Source: an uncultured candidate division Zixibacteria bacterium (GTDB lineage Bacteria; Zixibacteria; MSB-5A5; GN15; FEB-12). Taken from it: 64,000 nucleotides of DNA. The stretch covers positions 3,328,001 to 3,392,000 of the forward strand of contig OY760907.1 in NCBI GenBank assembly GCA_963664195.1. Reading direction: 5' to 3'. The position numbers were made by a program, and so were the translations under genes. This document shows, in pieces, positions 1 to 9,433 of this stretch. Each line of letters begins with the position of its first letter. The first letter of the stretch is position 1. The notes beneath the pieces were generated by a model. That model saw only the letters and a list, made by a program, of their open reading frames with translations. It was not told where the DNA came from and did not search any database.

Positions 1-52
1 AGAGAACAGAAGACAAGCAGCAGGCGACCAAAAGAACGGTGAGTCGTCGCAC
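1..52 (-). CDS. 5' end of a gene running off the window; begins with a signal-peptide-like sequence (MRRLTVLLVACCLSSVL...)
   Basis: GTG at 52-50, 8 nt after the stop of the TPR gene; basic N-terminus then a hydrophobic stretch. Confidence 0.45.
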   Translation of the reverse strand, partial: MRRLTVLLVACCLSSVL

Positions 53-60
53 GGTTTGTC

Positions 61-1707
61 TCAACGGTCCAGTTTCTCCCTGATGGTCTGATTGTCGGGT
101 TGTAGTTCGAGCACTTTCTCCCAGTACACTCGCGCCTCATCAATCCGTCCCGCAGCGTGGTAGGCATCACCCAGATGATCGAGAATAACCGGGTCGTTGT
201 CAAGAGCTGCGGCAGATTCAAGATAGAGAACGGCGTCCTCATAGTTGCCAAGCTGGAAATTGACCCAACCGAAACTGTCGAGATAGGCCGGGTTCTGGGG
301 TTGCATTTCGATTGCCCGAGATATGAGGTCATGGGCATACTGCAATCGGATGCCGTGCTCGGCCAGCGTGTAACCGAGATAATTCAGCGTCTGATCATGG
401 TTGGGGTCATGTTCAAGTATGTCCTCAAACACGACTACCGCGGAATCGATTTCACCGATTCGCTCGTAGGCCGCCCCGAGTGAGAATAGCATGTTTATAG
501 CACTGACCTCGGAGGGCATGTGATCGACCCCCTCACGGTAGGTCGCGATTTCGTTTGCGTCATCGTTTAGATTCCGATAGGTAATCGCCAGATCCATCCA
601 GCTACCGAAAGCCGTATCGGCCAGTTGTGTCAGGAGAATGAATTCATCGCGCGCCCGCTCAAAGTCATCGCCGAGAGCGGCTATGCGCCCGAGATAGTAG
701 TGATTGGCAGCAACTTGCTCACCGGTGCTCACCAGATACGTGAGAATCGAATCGGCCTGTTGCAGGGAATCCAGCGTGAAGTACAACATCGCCAACCTTC
801 GGCTGGCATCATGGTCGCCGGGCATGAGTTCGGCAATACGGCGCACATGCGGCAAGGCCTTGAGCACGGAGTCCTGTTGGAAGCATATCCGGGCCATCGT
901 CTGGCGCAGACTGATATCATCGGGAGCCGATTCGATACCTAGCGCAATAGTAGCTTCCAGCGAATCCACATCCTGCGTGAGTTCGTGCAATTCAGCCAGC
1001 CCCAGCAGGGCCTGCATGTTGTCGCCGGCTCCGACAGAATTGAGTGATCTCCGGAAACTGTCTTTCGCATCCTCCAGGTCACCTGTGGCGGCTTGAAGAC
1101 GTCCCAGTTCGTTCAGCAGCTCATGGTTGCCGGGACGGATACGATCCAGTTGCCCGTACGCCCAGATCGTGGAATCAAGGTCTCTGTCCTGCTGATAGTG
1201 CGCGGCCAGATTGAGATAGGCATTAGCATTAAGCGAATCGATTGCGATCAGTTCGAGGAACTGCTCTTTGGCCAGTTGATTCTCACCAACCATCTGGTAG
1301 CAGGAGCCACGAAGCTCCAACAATTCAGTGTCGGGATAATTGAACGATTGCAGGGTCTCCAGCGCAAGGGCGGGTTGTCTGAGCCGGACCAGACATCGAG
1401 CATAGGCCAGACTCAACTCGAGTGATTCCGGGTGAAAATCAAGCGCACTGTGAAAAGCGCGGGCAGCGTTTTGCACCTCCCCTTCGCCCTCATAGAGCAG
1501 CCCATCAACATAGAATTTATAGGCGTACTCGCTCATCGGCTCGTACTCGACCTTTTCAGGGACCGCTTTTGCTTGAATCCCTGTTTCATCGGCTACAACC
1601 ACAGCCGATGAATGCCGAACCGCGCCCGTGGAGCAACCGAACAGAACCATCGCCGCCAAGCCAATTACTACTAGTGATTTGCGAAATCTGCTCAAAGACC
1701 CATCCAT
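61..1707 (-). CDS. TPR-repeat lipoprotein
   Basis: Lipobox LFGC; many TPR helices; C-terminal NYLGYTLAE...YLDSFGWV...ILDHLGDAY pattern. Confidence 0.85.
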   Translation of the reverse strand: MDGSLSRFRKSLVVIGLAAMVLFGCSTGAVRHSSAVVVADETGIQAKAVPEKVEYEPMSEYAYKFYVDGLLYEGEGEVQNAARAFHSALDFHPESLELSLAYARCLVRLRQPALALETLQSFNYPDTELLELRGSCYQMVGENQLAKEQFLELIAIDSLNANAYLNLAAHYQQDRDLDSTIWAYGQLDRIRPGNHELLNELGRLQAATGDLEDAKDSFRRSLNSVGAGDNMQALLGLAELHELTQDVDSLEATIALGIESAPDDISLRQTMARICFQQDSVLKALPHVRRIAELMPGDHDASRRLAMLYFTLDSLQQADSILTYLVSTGEQVAANHYYLGRIAALGDDFERARDEFILLTQLADTAFGSWMDLAITYRNLNDDANEIATYREGVDHMPSEVSAINMLFSLGAAYERIGEIDSAVVVFEDILEHDPNHDQTLNYLGYTLAEHGIRLQYAHDLISRAIEMQPQNPAYLDSFGWVNFQLGNYEDAVLYLESAAALDNDPVILDHLGDAYHAAGRIDEARVYWEKVLELQPDNQTIREKLDR

Positions 1708-1766
1708 GTTGCTATTGTTGTTCCCTATTACTGATAATGATTGAGCAGTCGAAAAGTTGCAGTTTA

Positions 1767-3029
1767 TCAGACTTTCAGTCTGAGAAAACGCCGTTTGCCG
1801 ACTTTTAGGATCATCTCTTTGTCCAACGGAAACTCGTAATTCGGATCGGTAACCTTGTCGCCATCGATACTTACCGATCCGGCCTGAATCAGTTTCCGCG
1901 CCTCGCTGTTGGACTTGCTCATCTTGTTCTTGGCTATCAAATGCACGAGATAGATAGCATTCGGGTCGATTTCCAGATTTTTGAGATCCTCGGCAGTAGC
2001 CTCCGGCATGTCATCCGGTAGTTGCTTTTTGGAGAAGACGCGCTCGAATTCCTCGCGGGCAGCCTTACCGGATCCTTCGGGATGGTACTGATCGACAATC
2101 ACTTCGCCCAGTTCCTTCTTGAGAAGCATCGGGTTGACATCGGCCTGCGAAAGCTGCTTGCGAATCTCCTCTACCCTTTCGGCTGTAACCTCGGTAGCCA
2201 GCTCAAAATAGCTCGCAATCTGTTCGTCGGGGATAGACATCGCCTTGCCGAACATCTCCCTCGGAGCTTCATCGACGCCGATGTAGTTGCCCAGTGATTT
2301 GGACATCTTCTTGACGCCGTCGGTTCCGACGAGAATCGGCATAGTGAGAACGCACTGCGGTTCGTCGCCGTATGCCTCCTGCACCGTCCGGCCGGCCAGC
2401 AGGTTGAACGTCTGTTCGGTCGCACCCAACTCTATATCGGATTTCATGGCAACCGAGTCATAGGCCTGCATCAGAGGATAGAACAACTCATGCACCGATA
2501 TCGGAGTCATGGCCTTCATGCGCTTCGTGAAATCATCCCTCTCCAGCAGACGGGCCACGGTGTATTTCGACGCAAGGTGCATAATGTCCAGAAATTCCAT
2601 TTTTTTGAACCAGTCACCGTTGAAGAGGACTTCGGTTTTGTCCTTGTCGAGAATCTTGAAGAACTGCTCCTGATAGGTCTCAGAATTCTTCATAATCTGG
2701 TCGTAGGACAGCACCGGACGGGTCGCGGATTGTCCCGACGGATCACCGACCATAGCAGTATAATCACCCACGATCAACACCACCTGGTGTCCCAGGTCCT
2801 GGAACTGCTTCAGTTTGCGGATGCCAACAGTGTGGCCAAGATGAATATCCGGCGAAGTCGGGTCGAAACCCTGCTTGACCCTCAAGGGACCGCGTTCTCC
2901 CTTGAGGAACCCGGCCAGTTTGGCTCGCAGTTCATCTTCGGGAAGGAGGTCGACCGTGCCTCGCTTGAAAATCTCAATCTGTCGTTTGAGTTCTTGTTTC
3001 AGGTCGGTAGTCAATTCAGAATGAGCCAA
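1767..3029 (-). CDS. tyrS: Tyrosine--tRNA ligase
   Basis: GFDPTSPDIHLGH (HIGH), YPLMQAYD, KMSKS, C-terminal S4 domain (KVGKRRF). Confidence 0.98.
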   Translation of the reverse strand: MAHSELTTDLKQELKRQIEIFKRGTVDLLPEDELRAKLAGFLKGERGPLRVKQGFDPTSPDIHLGHTVGIRKLKQFQDLGHQVVLIVGDYTAMVGDPSGQSATRPVLSYDQIMKNSETYQEQFFKILDKDKTEVLFNGDWFKKMEFLDIMHLASKYTVARLLERDDFTKRMKAMTPISVHELFYPLMQAYDSVAMKSDIELGATEQTFNLLAGRTVQEAYGDEPQCVLTMPILVGTDGVKKMSKSLGNYIGVDEAPREMFGKAMSIPDEQIASYFELATEVTAERVEEIRKQLSQADVNPMLLKKELGEVIVDQYHPEGSGKAAREEFERVFSKKQLPDDMPEATAEDLKNLEIDPNAIYLVHLIAKNKMSKSNSEARKLIQAGSVSIDGDKVTDPNYEFPLDKEMILKVGKRRFLRLKV

Positions 3030-3220
3030 CTTAGTCTCCCTTGGTACGTTTACAGCTAAACATCGGCACGTAAGTTACAGTTGTTGATCGTCTTCGATGC
3101 AGAAAACGAATGCAAAAACGCCTAACTCATATAGTGAAATGTATAACGATTATCAAACAGATAAATGGCTGACCTGTTTTATGTTGACTGGATCGGCTTT
3201 ACGTGGGTAAATAGGCGATT

Positions 3221-5383
3221 ATGGCTGTACGTACCAATAGACCTGTCTTCAGGAAAAAAACAAGTCACCGTCTGCGCAATTCGATCATCGCTCTGGTAGC
3301 TGTGTTGATCGTGTTTGCCGCAATAATCGCCCAAAAGACGTACTCCGTCTATCAAAGCGACCTGCCGTCGTTTGAGGCGCTGCACAACATTGAGCCTTCG
3401 CTCAACACGAAAGTGTATGACCGCAACGGAATCCTTCTCAAGGAGTTTTACTCCGAGAACCGGGCATTAACACCCTATGATGAGATGCCGAAATACCTTC
3501 GCGACATGTTGATAGCCAGCGAGGATCAGGCATTTTACGACCATTGGGGCATTCACTTGCGAAGACTGGCAGTGGTGGCAGCCGGAAATATCCTGAGCGG
3601 TCACATTCAGGGCGGCGCTTCGACTATCACCCAGCAACTTGCGAGAATGCTTTTCCTGACCCAGGAGCGCACCTACAATCGTAAGATCAAAGAGGCGCTG
3701 ACGGCGGTCAAGTTGGAGAGATCGTACTCCAAGGACGAAATCATCGCCATGTACCTCAACCAGCACTACTTCAGCCGTGGTGCTTACGGGGTTTCCGCTG
3801 CGGCACGGCTTTTTTTTGATAAGTCTGTGGGCGAACTGACGATAAGCGACTGCGCGGTGATAATCGGCCTCCTTCCGGGGCCGAATATCAATTCTCCCCT
3901 GAACAACCCTGACAAGTCCCTGCAAGCCCGCAATCGGGTGCTGCACTCGTTTTACTCATGGGGAGGAATAGACCGTGCGACATTCGATTCACTCAGCAGT
4001 CTGCCGCTGGAAATATCTCCCCCGGTTGAGAAGATTGGTATCGCACCGTATTTTACTGAGACCGTCCGTCGCCACATACTGGACACGTACGGTGAAGACG
4101 TCTTGTACTCCGGCGGCTTGAAAGTCTATACTTCTTTGGACGCCAACCTGCAGGCGGCTGCGGAGAAAGCAGTCTATCGGAAAGTTGATTCGCTTCGTGC
4201 CCGAATAGAACGACGATACGGTTTGGGTGACCCGAACTATTCGATGATCCTTCCGGACACCGTCGATGAGTACGGTGACCCGATCAGGGTGCACAAAAAG
4301 GTCGAGGGAGCGATGGTCGCAATCGACAACGCTACTGGCGACATTCTGGCCATGGTTGGTGGTCGCGATTTTGAGGAGTCCAGATGGAATCGTGCGGTTC
4401 AGGCTCAATTGCAGCCGGGTTCTGCATTCAAACCGTTCCTCTACACGGCCTGCATTGACAACGGGTTCCATACCACGGATATTGTCGATGATAACCCCAT
4501 TGTCCTGCAGATTCCAGGAGCCAAGGAGTGGCGTCCGCACAATTTCGACAACAAGTTCATGGGACCAATTACCCTTCGTGAGGCGCTGAAGTTCTCCCGC
4601 AACCTCGTAAGTGCACGGCTGATGCTGACTATCACGCCGGAGCAGGCGATCTTTTACGCCCGACGAATGGGCATTACGTCGCCGCTCAAACCGGTTCCTT
4701 CGCTGGCTGCGGGTGCCGGTGAGGTCAAGATGGTGGAATTGGTCTCAGCGTTCAGCACGTTCCCCAATCGGGGCATACATATCCCCTATCGCATGGTGAC
4801 GAAGATTGTTGATCGGTATGGCAGGGTGCTTGAGGACAATTCCGCGATTGAGAAAGAAGAGGTTTTGTCAGCCCAGACCGCGTTTATCATGGTGGACCTG
4901 ATGCGCTCGGTCGTCGATAGCGGTACGGCCCGGAGTTCCAGGTGGAGAGGCTTCACCCGTCCGGCAGGCGGCAAAACAGGCACCACGAACAATTTCTGTG
5001 ACAACTGGTTTGTGGGATATACGCCGCAAATCACGGCCGGTGCCTGGCTTGGTTTTGATGAGAAGCTGTCTCTCGGCCGGGGTCAGGACGGGGCCAAGAA
5101 CGGCGTTCCGGTCTGGACGGAGTTCATGATTGCCGCCCATGATTCGTTGCCGATCGAGGAGTTTGTTGAACCTGAGGGAATCGTGCACCTCGATGTCTGC
5201 CTGGAATCGGGCGAGATTGCAACTGACCGCTGTATTGTGGTCCGGAACGAAGTCTTTATTCAAGGAACGGAGCCGACGAATACGTGCCAAATGCATCCAT
5301 CGGCGGGAAAGTACGTGCCCACGCGCGCAGAACGGGATAACGAGCCTCCGGAAGACACCACCGAGGAACGAGTGCACTTCTAG
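3221..5383 (+). CDS. mrcA: Class A penicillin-binding protein (PBP1A family, transglycosylase/transpeptidase)
   Basis: N-terminal TM; EDQAFYDHWG and GASTITQQL GT51 motifs; SAFK, SRN and KTGTT transpeptidase motifs. Confidence 0.93.
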   Translation: MAVRTNRPVFRKKTSHRLRNSIIALVAVLIVFAAIIAQKTYSVYQSDLPSFEALHNIEPSLNTKVYDRNGILLKEFYSENRALTPYDEMPKYLRDMLIASEDQAFYDHWGIHLRRLAVVAAGNILSGHIQGGASTITQQLARMLFLTQERTYNRKIKEALTAVKLERSYSKDEIIAMYLNQHYFSRGAYGVSAAARLFFDKSVGELTISDCAVIIGLLPGPNINSPLNNPDKSLQARNRVLHSFYSWGGIDRATFDSLSSLPLEISPPVEKIGIAPYFTETVRRHILDTYGEDVLYSGGLKVYTSLDANLQAAAEKAVYRKVDSLRARIERRYGLGDPNYSMILPDTVDEYGDPIRVHKKVEGAMVAIDNATGDILAMVGGRDFEESRWNRAVQAQLQPGSAFKPFLYTACIDNGFHTTDIVDDNPIVLQIPGAKEWRPHNFDNKFMGPITLREALKFSRNLVSARLMLTITPEQAIFYARRMGITSPLKPVPSLAAGAGEVKMVELVSAFSTFPNRGIHIPYRMVTKIVDRYGRVLEDNSAIEKEEVLSAQTAFIMVDLMRSVVDSGTARSSRWRGFTRPAGGKTGTTNNFCDNWFVGYTPQITAGAWLGFDEKLSLGRGQDGAKNGVPVWTEFMIAAHDSLPIEEFVEPEGIVHLDVCLESGEIATDRCIVVRNEVFIQGTEPTNTCQMHPSAGKYVPTRAERDNEPPEDTTEERVHF

Positions 5384-5414
5384 CCGTCGTCAGAAGTAGT
5401 TGACATTGACGATA

Positions 5415-5450
5415 TGTCCGCATGAACTGACATTCATGCGGGCCTTTTTT
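5415..5450 (+). terminator. Rho-independent terminator after PBP1A
   Basis: GTCCGCATGAA...TTCATGCGGGC stem followed by T7. Confidence 0.8.
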
Positions 5451-5522
5451 GTGAAGAGCCAGGATCAGTTCATACGGGTGCCTGATCTACCGATCCTGAC
5501 CAAAAAGTTGAATAACTAGGTC

Positions 5523-5552
5523 TTGACAAGGGCTTGTTGTTGCATATCTTTG
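5523..5552 (+). promoter_or_regulatory. Sigma70-type promoter for tRNA-Leu
   Basis: TTGACA-N16-TATCTT(TG). Confidence 0.6.
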
Positions 5553-5607
5553 GTGCTCACCAATCCCGGATGCGGAGAAGGTTCTGCTTTCGGGAAACTC
5601 TTGTAAT

Positions 5608-5691
5608 GCCGGAGTGGTGAAACTGGTAGACGCAGGGGACTCAAAATCCCCCGATAGCAATATCGTGTCGGTTCAAGTCCGACCTCCGGCA
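5608..5691 (+). tRNA. tRNA-Leu (anticodon CAA); CCA not encoded
   Basis: GCCGGAG/CTCCGGC acceptor stem, GGGGA-CTCAAAA-TCCCC anticodon arm, long variable arm, GGTTCAAGTCC T-loop. Confidence 0.97.
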
Positions 5692-5748
5692 TTTTGTTGA
5701 AGCCCTTTCCGCAAGCAATGCAATGTCACCAAATCCATGTTTTTCCCC

Positions 5749-5777
5749 TTGACAAAGTCCTCAACATTGACCATAAT
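5749..5777 (+). promoter_or_regulatory. Sigma70 promoter upstream of the small secreted protein/bEBP pair
   Basis: TTGACA-N17-CATAAT. Confidence 0.7.
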
Positions 5778-5957
5778 TAAAGACAGGACAGGTGCTTGGG
5801 CACCGTCCGCTCATAGGGATGGGATATGTGGCGGGGAGAACAGCTTGGAAAACGACATCATAAACTGAATCACACGTTCGAGCCGGTATTGGCATACGTC
5901 TGGCAGGTACGGCATACCGTGTTGCGGTTCGGACAGTCGATTGAAGGACGTAGAGTT

Positions 5958-6359
5958 ATGAAAAACGCAAGTTCACTCAAGACTCATCCGACGACACGCG
6001 CGGTGTTGTTGTGCCTGCTGGTGGCGGTCTTCTTTGCGTGGCTCTCTCCCCCGGCAATGTCCATGGATCGTGATGCTTGGGTAAGATCCCAGATAAAGAG
6101 CACTATTCCCGAAAGATTAGATGAGTGGCCTTGGGTGGATGGAAAGAGTGTTTCCTTCCAGAACCCTGCTACTCCTTTCTATCAAAGCGTGATCACGGTC
6201 TTGGTGGGAGCTTTGTTCCCGCCCGAGACAGAGGTGTTGGAAGTTCGTTCGGAGACTATAACAGAGAACAGTAGTGACCGACTAAGGATACCAGAGTTAA
6301 GTGACGTCAACAACTTCACAGTACCTGACTCAAGTAGTCCGTCTTCTTCAAGAAGGTAA
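5958..6359 (+). CDS. Small secreted hypothetical protein (~133 aa) with a DEWPW motif
   Basis: ATG at 5958 after GAAGGA; hydrophobic signal-like segment AVLLCLLVAVFFAWLSPPAMS; overlaps the bEBP start. Confidence 0.6.
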   Translation: MKNASSLKTHPTTRAVLLCLLVAVFFAWLSPPAMSMDRDAWVRSQIKSTIPERLDEWPWVDGKSVSFQNPATPFYQSVITVLVGALFPPETEVLEVRSETITENSSDRLRIPELSDVNNFTVPDSSSPSSSRR

Positions 6360-8463
6360 GTACTCAGACGCGCGCGAAGCGCTAGACAGAGAGCGTCATC
6401 CGTCACCGGGTGACGTTGACTGGGGAGAATACTGCTTGCTAAGGGGTGAAGTCTGCCTCGCTATGGGAGAGATTGATCACCGCTACCCGGAAGAGGCGAT
6501 AGAGGTCTACATATCTTCATCTGACAACGCAAAGTACGCCCGGGCGAAATACCTTTTCGGTTGGAAACTGCAATTGGCTGGTGAGTATCCGGACGCCAGC
6601 GAAGCGTTACTGGAATCCCACTCCGCGTTCATGCGCGTATCAGATATTCTGATGGCAGGAAAGGCTCTGAACAAACTGGCATTCATCTCAGTTCACCAAG
6701 GAAAGACACAACAGGCGATACACCACTTGCAGAAGTGCGTCGATTGCTTCCGTCAGGCAGGTTGTGAGATTGAGGTCGCTAACCAACGATGCAATCTAGC
6801 TCTCGTTTGTTTTTTGGCAGGTCATGTTCGGGAGTCCTTGAGCACCTATCGGTCCATCTCGAAGATCCTTGGCAGACTCAGCCAGCCGGCACAATGTGGA
6901 TACTATCTCGGACATGCAGTGGCCACGGCGCTGACCGGAGACTCCCCCAAAGTGGAAAGACTGATGAGGGTAGCCCGTGAGCTGGCGAACGGTTTCAAGC
7001 GCAGAGAAGCACAGTTCTTGGAAATGAAAGCTTGGATCGCCCTCCTCGACAACGACTACAAGACCGCTGAAAGTGCACTCAAGAAGGGTCTTGCGCTATC
7101 GCTCGAAATCGCGCCGGAATCGACCCTCATTTCGCAGATAAAGCGACTCTATGGTGACCTGTATGTCGCCACCAAGAGATTCGATCTGGCGGAGAAGTCT
7201 GCGACCGAAGCACTCGAAGTTGCTACCAAGCTCACCGAGCGTGCCGAAATAGCCGCCTGTCATCGTGTGTTCGCGCAAGTGGCACAGCATCGGGGCCATG
7301 AAGACAAAGCGCGCGACGAGTTCCAGCAGGCAATCGACCTCTACTCGCAGATCGGCGCACGATACGAGTTGGCCGCCACGCGCTACCTTGCCGGTGTATC
7401 CATGCTGTATCGCAACGGTGAGCGCACTGCCCTGCTCTATCTCGCGCGTGAGTACTTTGAATCCGAAGACATCAAGCACTATGTCCGGAAGATCGACGAT
7501 GAGTTCGCCAAATCTGAGAAGCCCGTTTTACGGCACACAGCCCCTGAGAAGAAAGGTGCCTGTGGCACCACGCCTACCGTCATTGCCGTCAATCCGGCCA
7601 TGAGAAAACTAATCTCGTTGGCCGAAAACGTGGCTGGCTCCGAGATGACCGTACTGCTCACCGGCGAGACCGGAACAGGCAAAGATCTGCTGGCACGGTA
7701 CATCCACCATCACAGCGGCCGCACAGGACGATTTGTGTCTGTCAACGCCGCCGCCGTACCGGGAAGCATGATTGAGTCCGAGTTGTTCGGGCATTCCAAA
7801 GGCGCCTTCACCGGTGCTACGACCGATCGGGCTGGTCTATTCGAACAGGCCAACGACGGAACGTTCTACCTCAACGAAATCGCCGACGCTTCGCTTGAGT
7901 TCCAGGCCAAACTGCTTCAGGTGCTGGAAACGCGCACGGTGCGCAGGCTCGGCGACAACCAGGAACGTCCGGTTTCCTTCCGATTGATCGCCGCAACCAA
8001 CCACGACCTCCAGAAAGCGATCAACGAACAGAAGTTCCGTCTGGACCTCTTCCATCGTCTGAGAGAAATCCCGATCCACCTTCCCCCGCTCTCAGAGCGA
8101 ACCGAGGACATCCCCGCGCTGGTGGACCATATTCTCAAGGAATCCGGCATCGATTCATCCCGCAACGGCAATCGAGGTGATATTGAGCGACTGGCCCGCT
8201 TGTTATCAAGCTATCCGTGGCCGGGGAACGTGCGCGACCTGAGGTCGCGCGTCAAACAACTGACGATCACTGCGCAAGGCGACCTCGGTCGCATGCACAC
8301 ATTGGCTCTTTCGGCGACGCATGAGCCGGACGCCGACCGATTACTCCGCATTCTCGAAAGCACCGGCTGGAACAGATCGCGCGCGGCCGAGATTCTTGGG
8401 GTGAGCGAAGGGACAATCCGCAATCGCATCAGGAAGTTCGCGCTCGAACAGGGCAAATCGTAG
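6301..8463 (+). CDS. Sigma54-dependent enhancer-binding protein with N-terminal TPR-like sensor, AAA+ domain and Fis-type HTH
   Basis: GETGTGKD Walker [53 protein letters not shown]; Walker B reads YLNEI. Confidence 0.93.
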   Translation: MTSTTSQYLTQVVRLLQEGKYSDAREALDRERHPSPGDVDWGEYCLLRGEVCLAMGEIDHRYPEEAIEVYISSSDNAKYARAKYLFGWKLQLAGEYPDASEALLESHSAFMRVSDILMAGKALNKLAFISVHQGKTQQAIHHLQKCVDCFRQAGCEIEVANQRCNLALVCFLAGHVRESLSTYRSISKILGRLSQPAQCGYYLGHAVATALTGDSPKVERLMRVARELANGFKRREAQFLEMKAWIALLDNDYKTAESALKKGLALSLEIAPESTLISQIKRLYGDLYVATKRFDLAEKSATEALEVATKLTERAEIAACHRVFAQVAQHRGHEDKARDEFQQAIDLYSQIGARYELAATRYLAGVSMLYRNGERTALLYLAREYFESEDIKHYVRKIDDEFAKSEKPVLRHTAPEKKGACGTTPTVIAVNPAMRKLISLAENVAGSEMTVLLTGETGTGKDLLARYIHHHSGRTGRFVSVNAAAVPGSMIESELFGHSKGAFTGATTDRAGLFEQANDGTFYLNEIADASLEFQAKLLQVLETRTVRRLGDNQERPVSFRLIAATNHDLQKAINEQKFRLDLFHRLREIPIHLPPLSERTEDIPALVDHILKESGIDSSRNGNRGDIERLARLLSSYPWPGNVRDLRSRVKQLTITAQGDLGRMHTLALSATHEPDADRLLRILESTGWNRSRAAEILGVSEGTIRNRIRKFALEQGKS

Positions 8464-8476
8464 ACATCACACACCC

Positions 8477-8590
8477 AATTCGTAACAAAACCAGCCAAAT
8501 TCGTAACAATTACCGCTGAACTCGTAGCTCTAGCCCTCAATTCGTAGTATTTCGCCCACTATTCGTAACAATTCGCCCACTATTCGTAAA
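8477..8590 (+). repeat. Six direct repeats of a WAYTCGTA core at ~21-bp period (probable enhancer array)
   Basis: TCGTA cores at 8480, 8501, 8522, 8542, 8563, 8584. Confidence 0.85.
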
Positions 8591-8696
8591 CACGGCTTTG
8601 TCGACCGATGTGACGCTGTTGTCGGGCCGACGCATCGCAATCGTAAGTGCCACACAGTTAGTAACTTAAACGAATATCTCCCAACGTGACAGCTTT

Positions 8697-8712
8697 TGGC
8701 ACACGACTTGTA
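8697..8712 (+). promoter_or_regulatory. Sigma54 (-24/-12) promoter
   Basis: TGGCAC-ACGAC-TTGTA, about 110 bp downstream of the repeat array and just after a bEBP gene; the -12 element reads GT instead of GC. Confidence 0.7.
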
Positions 8713-8987
8713 GTACTTCTTTGTGGCGCGTGTGGTGCTTATACTTTCCGCTCACACGCATGGTGAGAGCCTACCCGTTCCGGGTTCGGCACGGCGGAGT
8801 GTCCGGGAACACACCGTCGTTGCCGGACCGGGCGGGGATTCATAGCCCCCCCGGGCAGAGGATGGCATGTTGGTGCACGTGTTCTGGCTGCACATATGAT
8901 GGAGGACACAGAAATTCTCGACCTTCATCCATAGAAGAAGGGAGGTGTTACACCTGATTCACTTCTGAAAGTGAGTGATTGGCGGAA

Positions 8988-9260
8988 ATGTTTCTTGAAC
9001 TTGAAAGGCAAAAGAGATTAGTTGTACTAAGATTCATTCAAAGCGGCATGCTTAAGGCAGTCTAGCTGGCAGCGGCAGCGTTTCCGGGCTGCAAGTTGGA
9101 TTTCCATATGGAGAATGGTCATTGGGAACCTTGGTCAACCCCAAACACACACAGGACGGAACGGTGCTGCGAATCTGGTGGACACGAATGTGTGGTTGAT
9201 GGCCATCTGGGGATAGACTGGCCAGGAGACTCACATGACAACCTCATCAGACCTCATTAA
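8988..9260 (+). CDS. Cryptic Cys-rich small peptide ORF interrupted by in-frame TAG at 9063-9065 (alternative start ATG 9108, 50 aa)
   Basis: Frame reads MFLELERQKRLVVLRFIQSGMLKAV*LAAAAFPGCKLDFHMENGHWEPWSTPNTHRTERCCESGGHECVVDGHLGIDWPGDSHDNLIRPH; followed by strong hairpins. Confidence 0.4.
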
Positions 9261-9285
9261 GACTCCCGAACTGAGATAAGGGCAA

Positions 9286-9360
9286 GCGGGCCTGTCAGCC
9301 ATCGGGACAGGTCCGCATAAACAGTGCAGTCGAAACTGCAGGAGTTTCGACCTACTGCTG
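9286..9360 (+). other. Two tandem stem-loops between the peptide ORF and the beta-propeller gene
   Basis: GCGGGCCTGTC/GACAGGTCCGC (9286-9316) and GTCGAAACT/AGTTTCGAC (within 9322-9360); no U tract. Confidence 0.6.
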
Positions 9361-9433
9361 TAGCTGCCGAGACTCCAGGCAGGCCCGCACAAGATCGACA
9401 GGCCACACTCATAATTGGAGGGTACAGGCGTAT

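Noticed and set aside
8477..8590. Possible CRISPR array or replication iterons
   Set aside because: Units are only ~21 bp with no unique spacers, and there is no cas or rep gene; position fits a sigma54 enhancer better.
8721..8957. 78-aa track ORF after the sigma54 promoter
   Set aside because: TTG start at about the predicted TSS with no RBS; it runs through strong RNA hairpins, so a non-coding leader is more plausible.
9063..9065. Pyrrolysine or genome-wide stop-codon reassignment
   Set aside because: TAG and TGA terminate many normal genes here (e.g. PBP1A and the bEBP end in TAG, tyrS in TGA), and no pyl genes are in the window.
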